A stretch of 64,000 bases of DNA from Spirochaetia bacterium (GCA_965203905.1 CBDBDQ010000005.1:7648001-7712000), one strand, 5' to 3'. Shown: positions 12,850-22,795, counted from the stretch's first letter. Numbers and translations: made by a program. The notes: a model not told the origin generated them from the letters alone.

Positions 12850-13070
12850 CGCTCCCGTTGTTGCGAAGGTCTGCCGTCACGGCGTCCGCGGCGATTTCCC
12901 GCAGACAGCTCCGAATGCCGCACCACTTGGCTCGGGGGATCTTGCAAGCCAGAAACAACGCTCAGGTCTGCAGGTCTCCGGTGACTTCCACGATGTAATC
13001 GGCAAGCCACGCCTCGGCCTCGCGATGAGCCCGCAGAACGTCGATAAGACTCGCCTCGAATGCCGCGCTT
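12850..13070 (-). pseudogene. Remnant of a second HTH-HEAT / ART-like gene pair
   Basis: LIDVLRAHREAEAWLADYIVEVTGDL* then 3 nt then MFLACKIPRAKW...ADAVTADLR, matching the 10638/10122 junction. Confidence 0.75.
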
Positions 13071-13088
13071 AGCGTCGTGGCGAGCCAG

Positions 13089-13166
13089 TCGCCGCAGAGA
13101 GACGATCCAGCTATTCTTCCGGAGCTTGTGCTGGGCCTCCCACACGCAGAAATCACTGAGGCCGAC
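13089..13166 (-). pseudogene. AbiEi antitoxin fragment
   Basis: VGLSDFCVWEAQHKLRKNSWIVSLRR aligns to VGLTDAYVCEALHHLRKDGWIVSLRR of 7589..8428. Confidence 0.65.
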
Positions 13167-13213
13167 CGGGGTCGTCGAGTCGCCATGTTGAGCAGTTGTC
13201 CACGCCTTGCATC

Positions 13214-13438
13214 CTACCGGTCGATTCCGCGTTTTTCCAAGTAGTTGCGCACGTGATCTTTCCATTCATCAGGAGCAGTATCTCCTGAATCAGACCACTC
13301 AATCGCCTTCAATACATCAGCGATCTCGAACAACTCCGTAGCCAACACACGTCGCAAAGGCTCTTCAGAACCCTCCAGAAACTCCTCCGCTATCATGCGA
13401 ACCTTGAAATAGGCATAGTCCATGCTGCCACCGCTCAT
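13214..13438 (-). CDS. Small hypothetical protein (phage-like, lower GC)
   Basis: GGAGGAG RBS; MSGGSMDYAY...AIEWSDSGD; AT-richer codons than the neighbours. Confidence 0.65.
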   Translation of the reverse strand: MSGGSMDYAYFKVRMIAEEFLEGSEEPLRRVLATELFEIADVLKAIEWSDSGDTAPDEWKDHVRNYLEKRGIDR

Positions 13439-13520
13439 CTTTTCTCCTCCGGATCAACAGTCCGATGACCCGCGCGTCGCGACTCAGCGGATTCAGGGTC
13501 CTCATCATACATCCATTCCG

Positions 13521-13883
13521 TCACCGCAGGGCGAACACGCCACGCACCGTAACGGTGGTGATGCCGCTGCCGATGCTGATCGGGGTGTCGATCGATTCGG
13601 CTCTCAGCAGCGTGCCCGGGCCGGTCGTGCGGTAGGGGGCATCGGGCGGGACCACTCCGCCAGTACGTGGACGACCCGGTAGTCGGTCAGGCGCGCCACC
13701 CGCCCGTGTACCGATGTGAAGGACGGCTTTGTCGGGTACGGCCCCACGCCGCCTCGGCGGGACCACCCCGCTCCCGGTTCGGGGTTGGCCCAGGCTCGTG
13801 CCGCCCGTGTCTTGCACCTGCGGCGTCGTGCGGCACCCCGTAGTCACCAGAGCGGCCATCAGCACCGCGCCCGCAGCACGCAA
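13521..13883 (-). CDS. Possible lipoprotein fragment / hypothetical
   Basis: Hydrophobic N-terminus with VTTGC lipobox-like motif; remainder looks out of frame. Confidence 0.25.
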   Translation of the reverse strand: MRAAGAVLMAALVTTGCRTTPQVQDTGGTSLGQPRTGSGVVPPRRRGAVPDKAVLHIGTRAGGAPDRLPGRPRTGGVVPPDAPYRTTGPGTLLRAESIDTPISIGSGITTVTVRGVFALR

Positions 13884-14039
13884 TCCGAAAGTGCGACGTT
13901 TCCCCGGTGCTCGGTGTTTGCCCGAGATTAGAGGTCGCGTGCCATCCTGATAGTCGCCTCCGGGCGGACCGGCAGCGTTCGTGGGCGATAGCCTTGACGC
14001 CTGCGGGCTCCCGTTTTACCTATCTGGACTGAGGCCCCT

Positions 14040-14363
14040 GTGCATCCACTTATCGAGACTACACCCGGAATCGCCGGTGGGAAGCCACGTATCGCGGGAC
14101 ATCGGATCACGGTAGAGGACATCGTGATATGGCACGAACATCAGGGGAAGAGCAGCGCTCGGATCGGGGATGAGTTCGACTTGACCCCTTCCGAGGTGCG
14201 CGCAGCGCTGGCCTACTACCGTGATCACCGCGCCGAGATAGATCACGCGATGGAACTCGGTCGACAGTACGTAGATGCATCCCGGAGCAGTAGTACGTCC
14301 AAGGTAGCTGCGAAGCTTCGCCAGCGGAAGCGAAGTGGCGAAGCCTCCAACCGCGGGGCATGA
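14040..14363 (+). CDS. DUF433 domain protein (putative antitoxin)
   Basis: TPGIAGGKPRIAGHRITVEDI...LTPSEVRAALAYY. Confidence 0.85.
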   Translation: MHPLIETTPGIAGGKPRIAGHRITVEDIVIWHEHQGKSSARIGDEFDLTPSEVRAALAYYRDHRAEIDHAMELGRQYVDASRSSSTSKVAAKLRQRKRSGEASNRGA

Positions 14364-14584
14364 ACAATGCGCGGCATCTGCTGACCATCAGCCGCCCGGC
14401 TGGTAACATCCAGCCCCGACAGCAGCCAGGCGACTCCTTCGCGACCAGAACCCCGCATCGACGCGGTCTTGACAATCCCGCGCAGCAGCTCGCCTGGAGA
14501 GGATGCAGCCGATGCCTGACCCGAACCTGCACGCCCGCGGGCGATGCCCGTCCGTCGTTTCGTCGCCCACCCCACGGAGTGACC

Positions 14585-16435
14585 GTGCCGCGTCGGTCTG
14601 ACTACCGCCACTCATACATCGCCACGGTGGAGGAAGCGCTCGCGCGGCTCTCGGTGGATCAGCTCAAGGCGCTGGTCCGGCTGCTGCCGAAGGCGCGCAG
14701 GCCGAGCCGCAAGGCCGAGCTGATAGCCGAGATCGAGCGCCACCTCGCCGGCGACCTGCTGCGCAGGCTCTGGGCGCGACTCGACGAAACGGAGCAGCTC
14801 GCGGTGCGCGAAGCCCTGCACGGCCCGGCGGGCGAATTCAGCCCGCAGCAGTTCCGCGCCAAGTACCGCCGCCTGCCTGCCGGCGCCGGCATCCATCGGT
14901 ACGACAGCGCCAAGGTGTCGCGGCTGAGCCTGTTCCTCTATCTTCCCGACCTCCGCAGTACCAAGTCCGTCATCCCAGGCGATCTGGCGAGTCGCCTGCG
15001 GGAGTTCGTGGCGGAAGCCGAGGCACCGACGCTGAGCGTTTGCGACGATCTTCCCGCCACGGTCGCGCTGCGCCACTGGCGGGGTTCCCGGGAAACCATC
15101 GAACAGGTACCGCTGGTTCTTCGCGACACCGAGCACACCGCGCGACACGAACTGCCGGCAGTGCTGCGCCTGATCGATGCCGGCAAGGTGGCCGTGAGCG
15201 CCAAGACGATGCGGCCCTCCGCGGCCGCGGTACGGCGCATCGGAGAGGTGCTCTCCGGCGGCGACTTCTTCTCCGCGCGGGACAGCGAGAGCGCTTTCCG
15301 ATCGCCCATGGTCGGCCCGATTCGAGCGCACGCGTGGCCGTGGCTGATGCAGGCCGGCAAGCTCGCCGAGCCGCACGGCACGAAGCTCGCGCTGACGCGT
15401 GCCGGGCTCGCCGCGTTCGGCGCGCCATCGGAGCAAACCCTGCGCCGGCTGTGGCAGCGCTGGCTCACCTCCACTCTGCTCGACGAGTTCAACCGCGTCG
15501 ACGTCATCAAGGGACAGGGCGGTCGCGGTCGCCGGTCCATGACGTCGGCTGCGGGGCGCCGGCCGGCGATCCGCGAGGCGCTGGCCGCGTGCCCGGTGGG
15601 GCGCTGGGTGAGCTGTGACGAGCTGGGACGCTTCATTCGCGCCGCCGGCCACGACTTCAGCGTGACCCGTGATCCCTGGAACCTCTATCTCTTCGATCCC
15701 GAGTACGGCAGCCTGGGCTACGACGGCTATCACGACTGGGAGTTCCTGGAAGGCCGCTACCTGCTGTGCGTGCTGTTCGAATATGCCGCCACTCTGGGCA
15801 TGATCGACGTGGCCTACACCGATCCGCACGGAGCGCGGCCGGACTTCACCCGATTGTCGGGCACGGACGACCTGGAGTTTCTGAGTCGCTACGACGGCCT
15901 GCACTCCGTTCGGCTCACCGCGCTCGGGGCGTACTGCCTCGGCTTGACGGAGAGCTACACACCGAGCACGGCGCAACCCGGCGCGTCGCTCACGGTGTTT
16001 CCCGATCTGCGCGTGCAGGTTACGGGCGCGCCGCTGACCGCGGCGGAGGCGCTGCTGCTGGAGAGCTACGCGAAGGCGGAGTCGGATGGCCTGTGGCGGC
16101 TCGATCACACCCGGACCGTTCGGGCCGTCGAAGGCGGTCATGAGGTAGCGGAACTGCGCGCGTTCCTCACCTCCCGCGACGACCAGGACCTGCCGGAGAC
16201 CGTGGAGGGATTCCTGCGCAACACGGAGCAACGGGCGCGTGCCCTGAAGCAGCAGGGCAACGCGCTGCTGATCGAGTGCGCCGACGCCGAGGTCGCCGCG
16301 CTGCTTGCCACGGACCGACGCACCGCCAAGCTCTGCCTGCGTGCCGGCGAGCGCAACCTGGTGGTGCCGGCCGGGTCCGAACGCGCGTTCCGCAACGCGA
16401 TCCACGCCCTGGGCTACGGCATGCCGCGCTCCTGA
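14585..16435 (+). CDS. Helicase-associated (XPB/Ssl2 N-terminal-like, Helicase_C_3) domain protein
   Basis: RKAELI N-terminal motif; C-terminal LTVFPDL...WRLDHTR...LRAFL...LPETVEGFL; GTG start after GGAG. Confidence 0.65.
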   Translation: MPRRSDYRHSYIATVEEALARLSVDQLKALVRLLPKARRPSRKAELIAEIERHLAGDLLRRLWARLDETEQLAVREALHGPAGEFSPQQFRAKYRRLPAGAGIHRYDSAKVSRLSLFLYLPDLRSTKSVIPGDLASRLREFVAEAEAPTLSVCDDLPATVALRHWRGSRETIEQVPLVLRDTEHTARHELPAVLRLIDAGKVAVSAKTMRPSAAAVRRIGEVLSGGDFFSARDSESAFRSPMVGPIRAHAWPWLMQAGKLAEPHGTKLALTRAGLAAFGAPSEQTLRRLWQRWLTSTLLDEFNRVDVIKGQGGRGRRSMTSAAGRRPAIREALAACPVGRWVSCDELGRFIRAAGHDFSVTRDPWNLYLFDPEYGSLGYDGYHDWEFLEGRYLLCVLFEYAATLGMIDVAYTDPHGARPDFTRLSGTDDLEFLSRYDGLHSVRLTALGAYCLGLTESYTPSTAQPGASLTVFPDLRVQVTGAPLTAAEALLLESYAKAESDGLWRLDHTRTVRAVEGGHEVAELRAFLTSRDDQDLPETVEGFLRNTEQRARALKQQGNALLIECADAEVAALLATDRRTAKLCLRAGERNLVVPAGSERAFRNAIHALGYGMPRS

Positions 16436-16552
16436 CCCAACTCCCCGGCGGCGGCCTGCGTGGTAAGTTCAGACGACGGGCAAGTCCTGGGGCGATGTCC
16501 GGGTGACGCCGGTCCGTGCCGGCAGGGAGTCAATCCGGCAGGGGAGACATGT

Positions 16553-18202
16553 ATGGAGAAGAGCTTTGCCGTTAGCGCCGAGTATCTGGTGCTGCCGATC
16601 CGCAACGAGGGCGAAGAGGGCCGGCTCAGGCTCTCTGTCGAGGGTCGGATTGAGTTGGACTATGGCGTCAGCCTGGCGACGGGGCCCGAGGACGTGGACT
16701 GGTACGCGTTCTTCTCGCTCGAACGCTTCCGGGGTCAAGAGGCGCGGGTGTCGGCCTCCAACGTCACCGAGCGCGGCTTCGAGCTGGTGCGGCAGGCCGA
16801 CGCCATTCCCGGTGCCGAGGGCTTCTACCGGGAACGCCTGCGCCCGCAGTTCCACTTCACTTCGCGCACCGGCTGGTTGAACGATCCCAACGGCCTGATC
16901 TGGTACCGGGGCGAATACCACCTGTTCTACCAGCACAACCCGACCGGCCTGCCCTGGGGCAACATGACCTGGGGGCACGCGGTGAGCACCGACCTGGTGC
17001 GCTGGAACGAGTTGCCCAAGGTGCTGTTTCCCGATGCGGCGACCGGCACCTGCTTCTCGGGAGCGGCGTTCATCGACCACCGCAATCAGCTCGGCCGCAA
17101 GAGCGGCGAGGAGGAGGTAATCGTAGCCTTCTACCTGCGCACCGAGATCGGCCTGTGCCTGGCCTACTCAAACGACCGCGGCCGCACCTTCACCGACTAC
17201 GAGCACAACCCGGTGCTCAATCACGAGGGAGCGCGCATCGACACCCCGCGGCCTTTCTGGCACCAGCCGACCGGGTGCTGGGTCGCCCCCACCTACGACT
17301 TCTTCACCAACCAGCGCGGCGAGCTGCGCCGCTGCGTGGGATTCTACAGCTCCGAGAACCTCACCGACTGGCGCTTAGAGAGCCGGGTCGAGCAGGACGG
17401 CTGGGGCGACGAACTGTGCGGCTGCGTCGACTTCTTCCAGTTGCCGCTGGATCGGGACCCCGAGCACCTCAGGTGGGTGATGATTCTGATCGACGGCAGC
17501 TACATCGTCGGCGACTTCGACGGCCGCAGGTTCTGCACCCTGGCGGGCAAGCCGGCCGTGACCGACGACCGGATCAGATCGCTGGTGATCCAGGGCGAAT
17601 ACTACGCCACGATGACCTGGCACAACCTGCCCGACCTCCGCCGCGTCCAGGTCACCTGGATGAGAACGCCCGAACGCTATCCCGGCATGCCGTTCAACCA
17701 GCAGATGACCGTGCCGTCCGAGCTGTCCCTGCACACCACCGAAGATGGGCCCCGTCTGCGCATGCTGCCGGCGGCGGAACTCGCATCGCTGCGCAGCAAC
17801 AGCCATGAGTGGTCCGACGTGCTGCTGAACGAACGCGACAATCCCCTCGCCGCAATCGCCGCCGACCTGCTGGACCTGGAAACCGAATTCCGGGTGGTGG
17901 AAGGCACCGTGACCTGCGTCAAGCTCCGTGGATTCGACATCACCTACGACGCGGATGCCGAGACACTGTCCTCCTGCGGCACCGCCACTCACCTGCGCCC
18001 GATGGATGGCGTGGTGCGCCTGCGAATCCTGCTGGACCGCACTTCCATCGAGGTCTACGCCAACGACGGACGCGTCTACATCCCCCGCGTCGTGTTCCCG
18101 GATCACGACAATCGGTCCATCGGCATGACCTGCAGCAAGGGCACGACCACCGCAAACTACCTTCGAGTCCACGAGTTGAAGTCGAGCTGGGCGCAGGGCT
18201 GA
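16553..18202 (+). CDS. Glycoside hydrolase family 32 (levanase/fructosidase-like)
   Basis: RPQFHF, WLNDPNG, WGHAVS, FSG, LDRTSIEVYANDG. Confidence 0.88.
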   Translation: MEKSFAVSAEYLVLPIRNEGEEGRLRLSVEGRIELDYGVSLATGPEDVDWYAFFSLERFRGQEARVSASNVTERGFELVRQADAIPGAEGFYRERLRPQFHFTSRTGWLNDPNGLIWYRGEYHLFYQHNPTGLPWGNMTWGHAVSTDLVRWNELPKVLFPDAATGTCFSGAAFIDHRNQLGRKSGEEEVIVAFYLRTEIGLCLAYSNDRGRTFTDYEHNPVLNHEGARIDTPRPFWHQPTGCWVAPTYDFFTNQRGELRRCVGFYSSENLTDWRLESRVEQDGWGDELCGCVDFFQLPLDRDPEHLRWVMILIDGSYIVGDFDGRRFCTLAGKPAVTDDRIRSLVIQGEYYATMTWHNLPDLRRVQVTWMRTPERYPGMPFNQQMTVPSELSLHTTEDGPRLRMLPAAELASLRSNSHEWSDVLLNERDNPLAAIAADLLDLETEFRVVEGTVTCVKLRGFDITYDADAETLSSCGTATHLRPMDGVVRLRILLDRTSIEVYANDGRVYIPRVVFPDHDNRSIGMTCSKGTTTANYLRVHELKSSWAQG

Positions 18203-18314
18203 CTGATCCGAAATGGCGGCCACCGGACACTGGCCGATGCGTCGTTTCCGTGCCGACTCAGCCCTCGCAGGCGCGGATGACAGCAGCGTCATGCTCTGCG
18301 ACAATGCGCCCATC

Positions 18315-19417
18315 GTGACCGCGCGCACGTTCAACACCGAGGGGCCCGTTGTGGCTGCGGACCACTACCACATCCCGCCGCTGGAGCGGATCGATCTCGA
18401 CGAGGTGCTCGGCCTCGTGCGGGGCAAGAAGTACTTCGTGCTGCACGCGCCGCGGCAGACCGGCAAGACCTCGGCGCTGCTGACGTTGCGCGACCTGCTG
18501 AACGGCGGGCAGATGGGCGACTTCCGTTGCGTGTACGCCAACGTCGAGGATGGCCAGGCGATGCGGGAGAACGTGGCCGAGGGCATGCGCACCGTGCTTG
18601 CCGAACTCGGGTTCCAGGCCAGCCTGACGCTGGGCGATGACACCCTCGAGGACCTCTGGCCCGGGCTGCTGGATCGGGTGGGGCCGGGCAAGGCACTGCG
18701 ACAGGCGCTGGCGCGCTGGAGCATGGCCGATCCCCGGCCGCTGGTGCTGCTGATCGATGAGATCGACGCACTGGTGGGCTGACCGGCGCTGTTGAGAGCG
18801 CGTGCTCGGACGAGGACCTGGCTTACGCGCGCGACCTGGGGCTGGTGGCACAATCCGACGGCGGGCCACCCCGCATCGCCAACCCGATTTACGCCGAGGT
18901 GGTGCCGCGGCATCTGAACTACGCGGTGCAGGAGACGCTGCCGCAACGGATGACGTGGTACGTGGACGCGGACGGCGGGCTCGACGTGGACGGACTGATT
19001 GCGGCATTCCAGGAGTTCTTCCGCGAGCACTCGGAGCACTGGGTGCAACGGTTCGAGCGGTACCACGAAGCAGGCCCGCAGTTGCTGCTGCAGGCGCACC
19101 TGCAGCGCATCGTGAACGGCGGCGGACGCATCGAGCGAGAGTACGCGCTGGGGCGCGGGCGCACCGACCTGCTGATCGTGTGGCCTCAGGGCGGGCGCGA
19201 GCGCCGCTTCGTGGTGGAGTGCAAGGTGCTGCGCAAGGACCTGGAGCGGACCATCGCCGAGGGGGTGGAGCAGACCCGGGGCTACATGGACCGCTGCGGG
19301 GCGGAGGCGGGCCACCTAGTCGTGTTCGACCGCGCGCCGGACCGAACCTGGGCGCAGAAGATCTTCCGCCGCACGCCGTCGGGAGCCGGCGCACCGGTCA
19401 CGGCCTGGGGGATGTAG
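18315..19417 (+). pseudogene. AAA ATPase with C-terminal PD-(D/E)XK-like domain, internal deletion at ~18779
   Basis: FNTEGP, APRQTGKT Walker A, LIDEID Walker B, then a jump to YARDLG...REYALGRGRTDL...VVECK; compare with 59538..61119. Confidence 0.8.
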
Positions 19418-19545
19418 CGCCAAGGACCGTGCGCGGTCCGGCGACCGTGCGCCAGCGAACACTCGTGCGGTCTCCCATTACGCAGCCCCGCGGTTGATGA
19501 ACCGCAGGTGGATGATTAGTCTGCGCACGCGCAGGAGGTGCCATC

Positions 19546-20004
19546 GTGGCAGACGCAAAGCCCGCCGTTCATTTCTTCCAGGGAGTAGCCGGGATTCTGA
19601 CAGCGCTCACCGTGCTCGCCACCGTGATCTTCACGCTGCTCGGCGTGTTCGGCGTGGTCGACATGGGGGCCTTCCGGAATCAGGGATCCGCGCTCGCGTA
19701 CGTGGTCGCGATCGGGGCGTTCGCACTGAGTCCGCTGGTCGCGGTCGGCATCGTCGCCGTGGGTCTGTTCAACGCGATCGGCATCGTTGCCATCGGTGCG
19801 GGGTCCGCGCGCGGCATCATTGCGATCAGCGGGGACGACGCGAGCGGCATCATTGCGATCAGCGCCGGTGGACGGGCGTCGGGCCTCCTCTTCGCCGTCG
19901 GCGAGGAAGCGCGGGGCATGGTCACCGTGGCCTACTCGGGCCGCAAGGCGACGCCGTTCGGGCGCTGGCCGCGCTGGCCGGGCAACGACGCCCCCACCGA
20001 CTGA
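19546..20004 (+). CDS. Hypothetical membrane protein with G-I-[IV]-A-[IV] repeats
   Basis: AGGAGG RBS; several TM segments; 21-bp direct repeat GCGGCATCATTGCGATCAGCG. Confidence 0.6.
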   Translation: MADAKPAVHFFQGVAGILTALTVLATVIFTLLGVFGVVDMGAFRNQGSALAYVVAIGAFALSPLVAVGIVAVGLFNAIGIVAIGAGSARGIIAISGDDASGIIAISAGGRASGLLFAVGEEARGMVTVAYSGRKATPFGRWPRWPGNDAPTD

Positions 20005-20269
20005 TTCGGCGCCCCCGCCGGGGCACGGTACGACGGATGAAGAAAACCCCTCAGCCGCGCCGGTGGTTTGTCGCGGCGCGGGGAGTGCTCCGAGGCGAAT
20101 AGTCCCCTCAGTCTGATCCGGCTCCGGTTTCGGTGTGACGTTTCTTCCACAAGCGGACCGTGAAGCGGTTCTTCTCTTCGAGAAGCGTCTGGTTGCGCGC
20201 AGAACGCATCCCGATCTTCATTCCTGCTCCTGGATATCGCCAGTGGGAGGTGCTAGCCCAGGTCGCAAC

Positions 20270-21721
20270 TCAGCGGAAGGCGGCGTTGCCGATTCGTACC
20301 AGGGGTGGCGTCGCGCCGGCCGGCGCCGGGGTGGCGGAGGCCAGGTCGTAGGCGAACACCGCGATCCCGCCGACCCCGATGGCGCGTGCCAGGTGGATCT
20401 GCCGTACGGTACGTTCCACCGGGTTGCGATAGGCGCCGACACCGGCCCACACCCGGCCCGGTGCTCCCGCCGTGGTCAGCGCCGCGTCGATCCAGCCGTG
20501 AAACAGCTCGTCGTCGCCGGTGTACGCCATCGGTACGGCGACGTCGATGATGCCGTCGGCCAACCAGGAGGCCCAATCCTGGAACTGCCACCTTGCCGCG
20601 GCGCGCCAATCGGGGAGCACGGCCGCGGAGACCAGGAGGTGGGGCCGGCGTGCCTTGACATCGCGGTAGACGCGGCGCACCAGATGGGTAACGGTGTCGC
20701 GGCGGAAGCGGTCCCACAACTCGGGCAGCGCGTCGGTCATGGCGTAGGGGTCGTCCGGCAATGCGGCCGCCAGTTCCTCGTAACGCTGGGCGTCGACCAG
20801 AGGCCGCACCCAGGACTGGAACTGCTGCAGGGAGGAACGGGAGTAGTCGTACGCCGAGGTGGCAAGCCGGATGAAGTCGTGGTGGATGCCATCCAGGTCA
20901 TAGCCGGTTGCGAGATCGACCCAGACCCGCTTCAGGCGCTCCTGCACGCCCGGGTGGGAGGGACTGGTATACAGCCCTTCCACCACCGCGCTGTTGCCCG
21001 CCGCGTAGTCGATCAACCGCTGTACGTACCTCGGATCACGCGGGTCGCGATCGTACAGTCGATGGCCCAGAACGCGCGGCACCGCCAGCCACTCGGGGTG
21101 AGCATTTACCAGGTGGTGGGGGTCGCGGGGCAGCTCGGCCGCAGCCCAGACCAGGTGCGCGTTCACCCAGGCATGCACCGCCAGCCCGCGCGGGTGCGCT
21201 TCCTCGATTACCAGTTGCAGCGGATCGAATCCCGGTTGGTGCCTCAGGAACTCCGGGCGCGGCTCCCGCAGTGAGCGGTACAGTGCGTCGCCGCGGCCGC
21301 GCACCTGGACGAACAACGTGTTGAATCCGCAGGCAGCGGCCTGTTCCACCAGCGCCCGCACCGCGGCCGGACTGTCGAGCGAGGTGCGCGCCACCCAGAG
21401 CGCGCGCACTTCGTCGAACTGCCGCGGGGGCAGCCGCGGTTCGGCGGTGGCGGTCACGCTCGGACGCATGGCCGGTGGGGCTGTCGCGCAGGAGGTCAGC
21501 AGCGGGATACCAAACAACAGGCCGGCAACCGCCGCGCGTAGCGGGACCGACGTTAGCGCGTTCGTTCTGCGGTTGCGAGCACGCAAAGGCAGGTCCCGGC
21601 GCGCCGCGAGGCCACCGTCCACCGCTACTGACGCGGCGGCGGCCAGCGCGAAATCCGTTCGGCGGTACCCCCGGCACGGGCACCGCTTCCGATCGGATAG
21701 CGGCAGGGTGGTCAACCGCAT
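20270..21721 (-). CDS. GHL10 / DUF187 (YddW-like) glycoside hydrolase lipoprotein; true start probably downstream of 21721
   Basis: EVRALWV, FNTLFVQVRGRGDALY, VHAWVN, DGIHHDFIR, QDWASW, PMAY; LTSC lipobox. Confidence 0.82.
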   Translation of the reverse strand: MRLTTLPLSDRKRCPCRGYRRTDFALAAAASVAVDGGLAARRDLPLRARNRRTNALTSVPLRAAVAGLLFGIPLLTSCATAPPAMRPSVTATAEPRLPPRQFDEVRALWVARTSLDSPAAVRALVEQAAACGFNTLFVQVRGRGDALYRSLREPRPEFLRHQPGFDPLQLVIEEAHPRGLAVHAWVNAHLVWAAAELPRDPHHLVNAHPEWLAVPRVLGHRLYDRDPRDPRYVQRLIDYAAGNSAVVEGLYTSPSHPGVQERLKRVWVDLATGYDLDGIHHDFIRLATSAYDYSRSSLQQFQSWVRPLVDAQRYEELAAALPDDPYAMTDALPELWDRFRRDTVTHLVRRVYRDVKARRPHLLVSAAVLPDWRAAARWQFQDWASWLADGIIDVAVPMAYTGDDELFHGWIDAALTTAGAPGRVWAGVGAYRNPVERTVRQIHLARAIGVGGIAVFAYDLASATPAPAGATPPLVRIGNAAFR

Positions 21722-22309
21722 TGGTGGCGGTGCCGCTCCAAAACCAGGTCGGAAGGGTCCCGGAAGGTCCTCGATATCACATGGAAATTGTAGCCGATAA
21801 TTGCTGGGGAATCGAGTTCCTTTGTACTTTCTTTGGGGCGTCTCAACGTAAGCCGACAGGCGGCTAGGCCATTGCTAAAGCTGTCCGAAAGGCGGCGCTT
21901 TTTGGGATACGTAGAACGCAAGACTTGAATACGATTTGGGGTGCGTAAACAACCAATTACGGAGCGCCTATTGCTACGCGCCGATGGTGATCCTGCAAAC
22001 CGTGCTACGCAAAATAGAGATCAATTTCCTGTCGGCTTCAGAGGTGTCTCGAAAGGCATCCACGGCACTTGGATGGTAACCGCGGGAACTCAAAACGGTC
22101 GCGCTTTTGCCGCAGTGGCGCGACGGGAACTGCTGCCGGACACCGCTCCGGTGTTTGCCGCCGGGGCGGTATGCCGGCGTCGCGACGCCCGGCGGCCAGC
22201 CCGCACTCCCCGCCAGGCTGCACACAGGTGTGCTTTCGGTTACCGCGGTAAAGCCTTGCATTCGGCCTGCCGACCATGGGACTGGGAGGGGCCACCGGGG
22301 AGGAATCTT

Positions 22310-22453
22310 ATGATCGATCGAGACCTGCTCGCCCTCGCAGCCGTGTTCGGGGTGATGTCACTCCTGATCATGGCGGCTGCGCTCCGCGGCCGACTGATCC
22401 GGCAATCGGACCGCCGGCGCCGCAATGAATCGCATAACAGACCGATGGACTAG
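22310..22453 (+). CDS. 47-aa single-TM small protein
   Basis: GGGGAGGA RBS; LLALAAVFGVMSLLIMAAAL followed by an Arg-rich tail. Confidence 0.5.
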   Translation: MIDRDLLALAAVFGVMSLLIMAAALRGRLIRQSDRRRRNESHNRPMD

Positions 22454-22514
22454 GCGCGACGCTGGCGCTCCAGCGGCCGCCTGCGCCGTGCGCATCCGTT
22501 GGAGATTCTGGCGA

Positions 22515-22690
22515 GATGACCGCGACCGAACCGCTTCGTCCGACCGACGGCGGGTCTCTTGATGAGCGCGATTCCATACGCGGCTCGCTCCTCACCAGAC
22601 TGCTCAACTCGACGATGTGTTGCCCGATCATCCAGTAAGCGGCAGTCATGGCCACGTTCACCGAACGGACCGCCGACGTGAATCGTAAAC
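22515..22690 (-). pseudogene. DUF1016 (YhcG) PD-(D/E)XK nuclease N-terminal fragment
   Basis: RSVNVAMTAAYWMIGQHIVE / EQSGEERAAYG...RFGRG across a frameshift. Confidence 0.7.
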
Positions 22691-22795
22691 CCCGCTCGGT
22701 CAACCGTGAGCCAAACCACATCCACGCTCGGCCGCTGACTTCGCTGGCACGCACCGAGTCGCGTACGGTGAGTGGGATCTGCTAAGGTGGGATCC

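Noticed and set aside
12725-12958. Apparent fusion of the ART-like N-terminus to PhyH (495-aa ORF)
   Set aside because: PhyH has its own RBS and start at 12724; the extension is chance read-through from a pseudogene relic.
21744-21770. CAGGTCGGAAGG resembling the SRP RNA loop
   Set aside because: No GAAGCAGC continuation and no long enclosing stem.
21795-21880. Weak resemblance to the c-di-AMP (ydaO) riboswitch (GGGGAATC…TTGGGGCG)
   Set aside because: The conserved 5' GCUGAAUC and 3' CCGUCAGCUAAC elements are missing.
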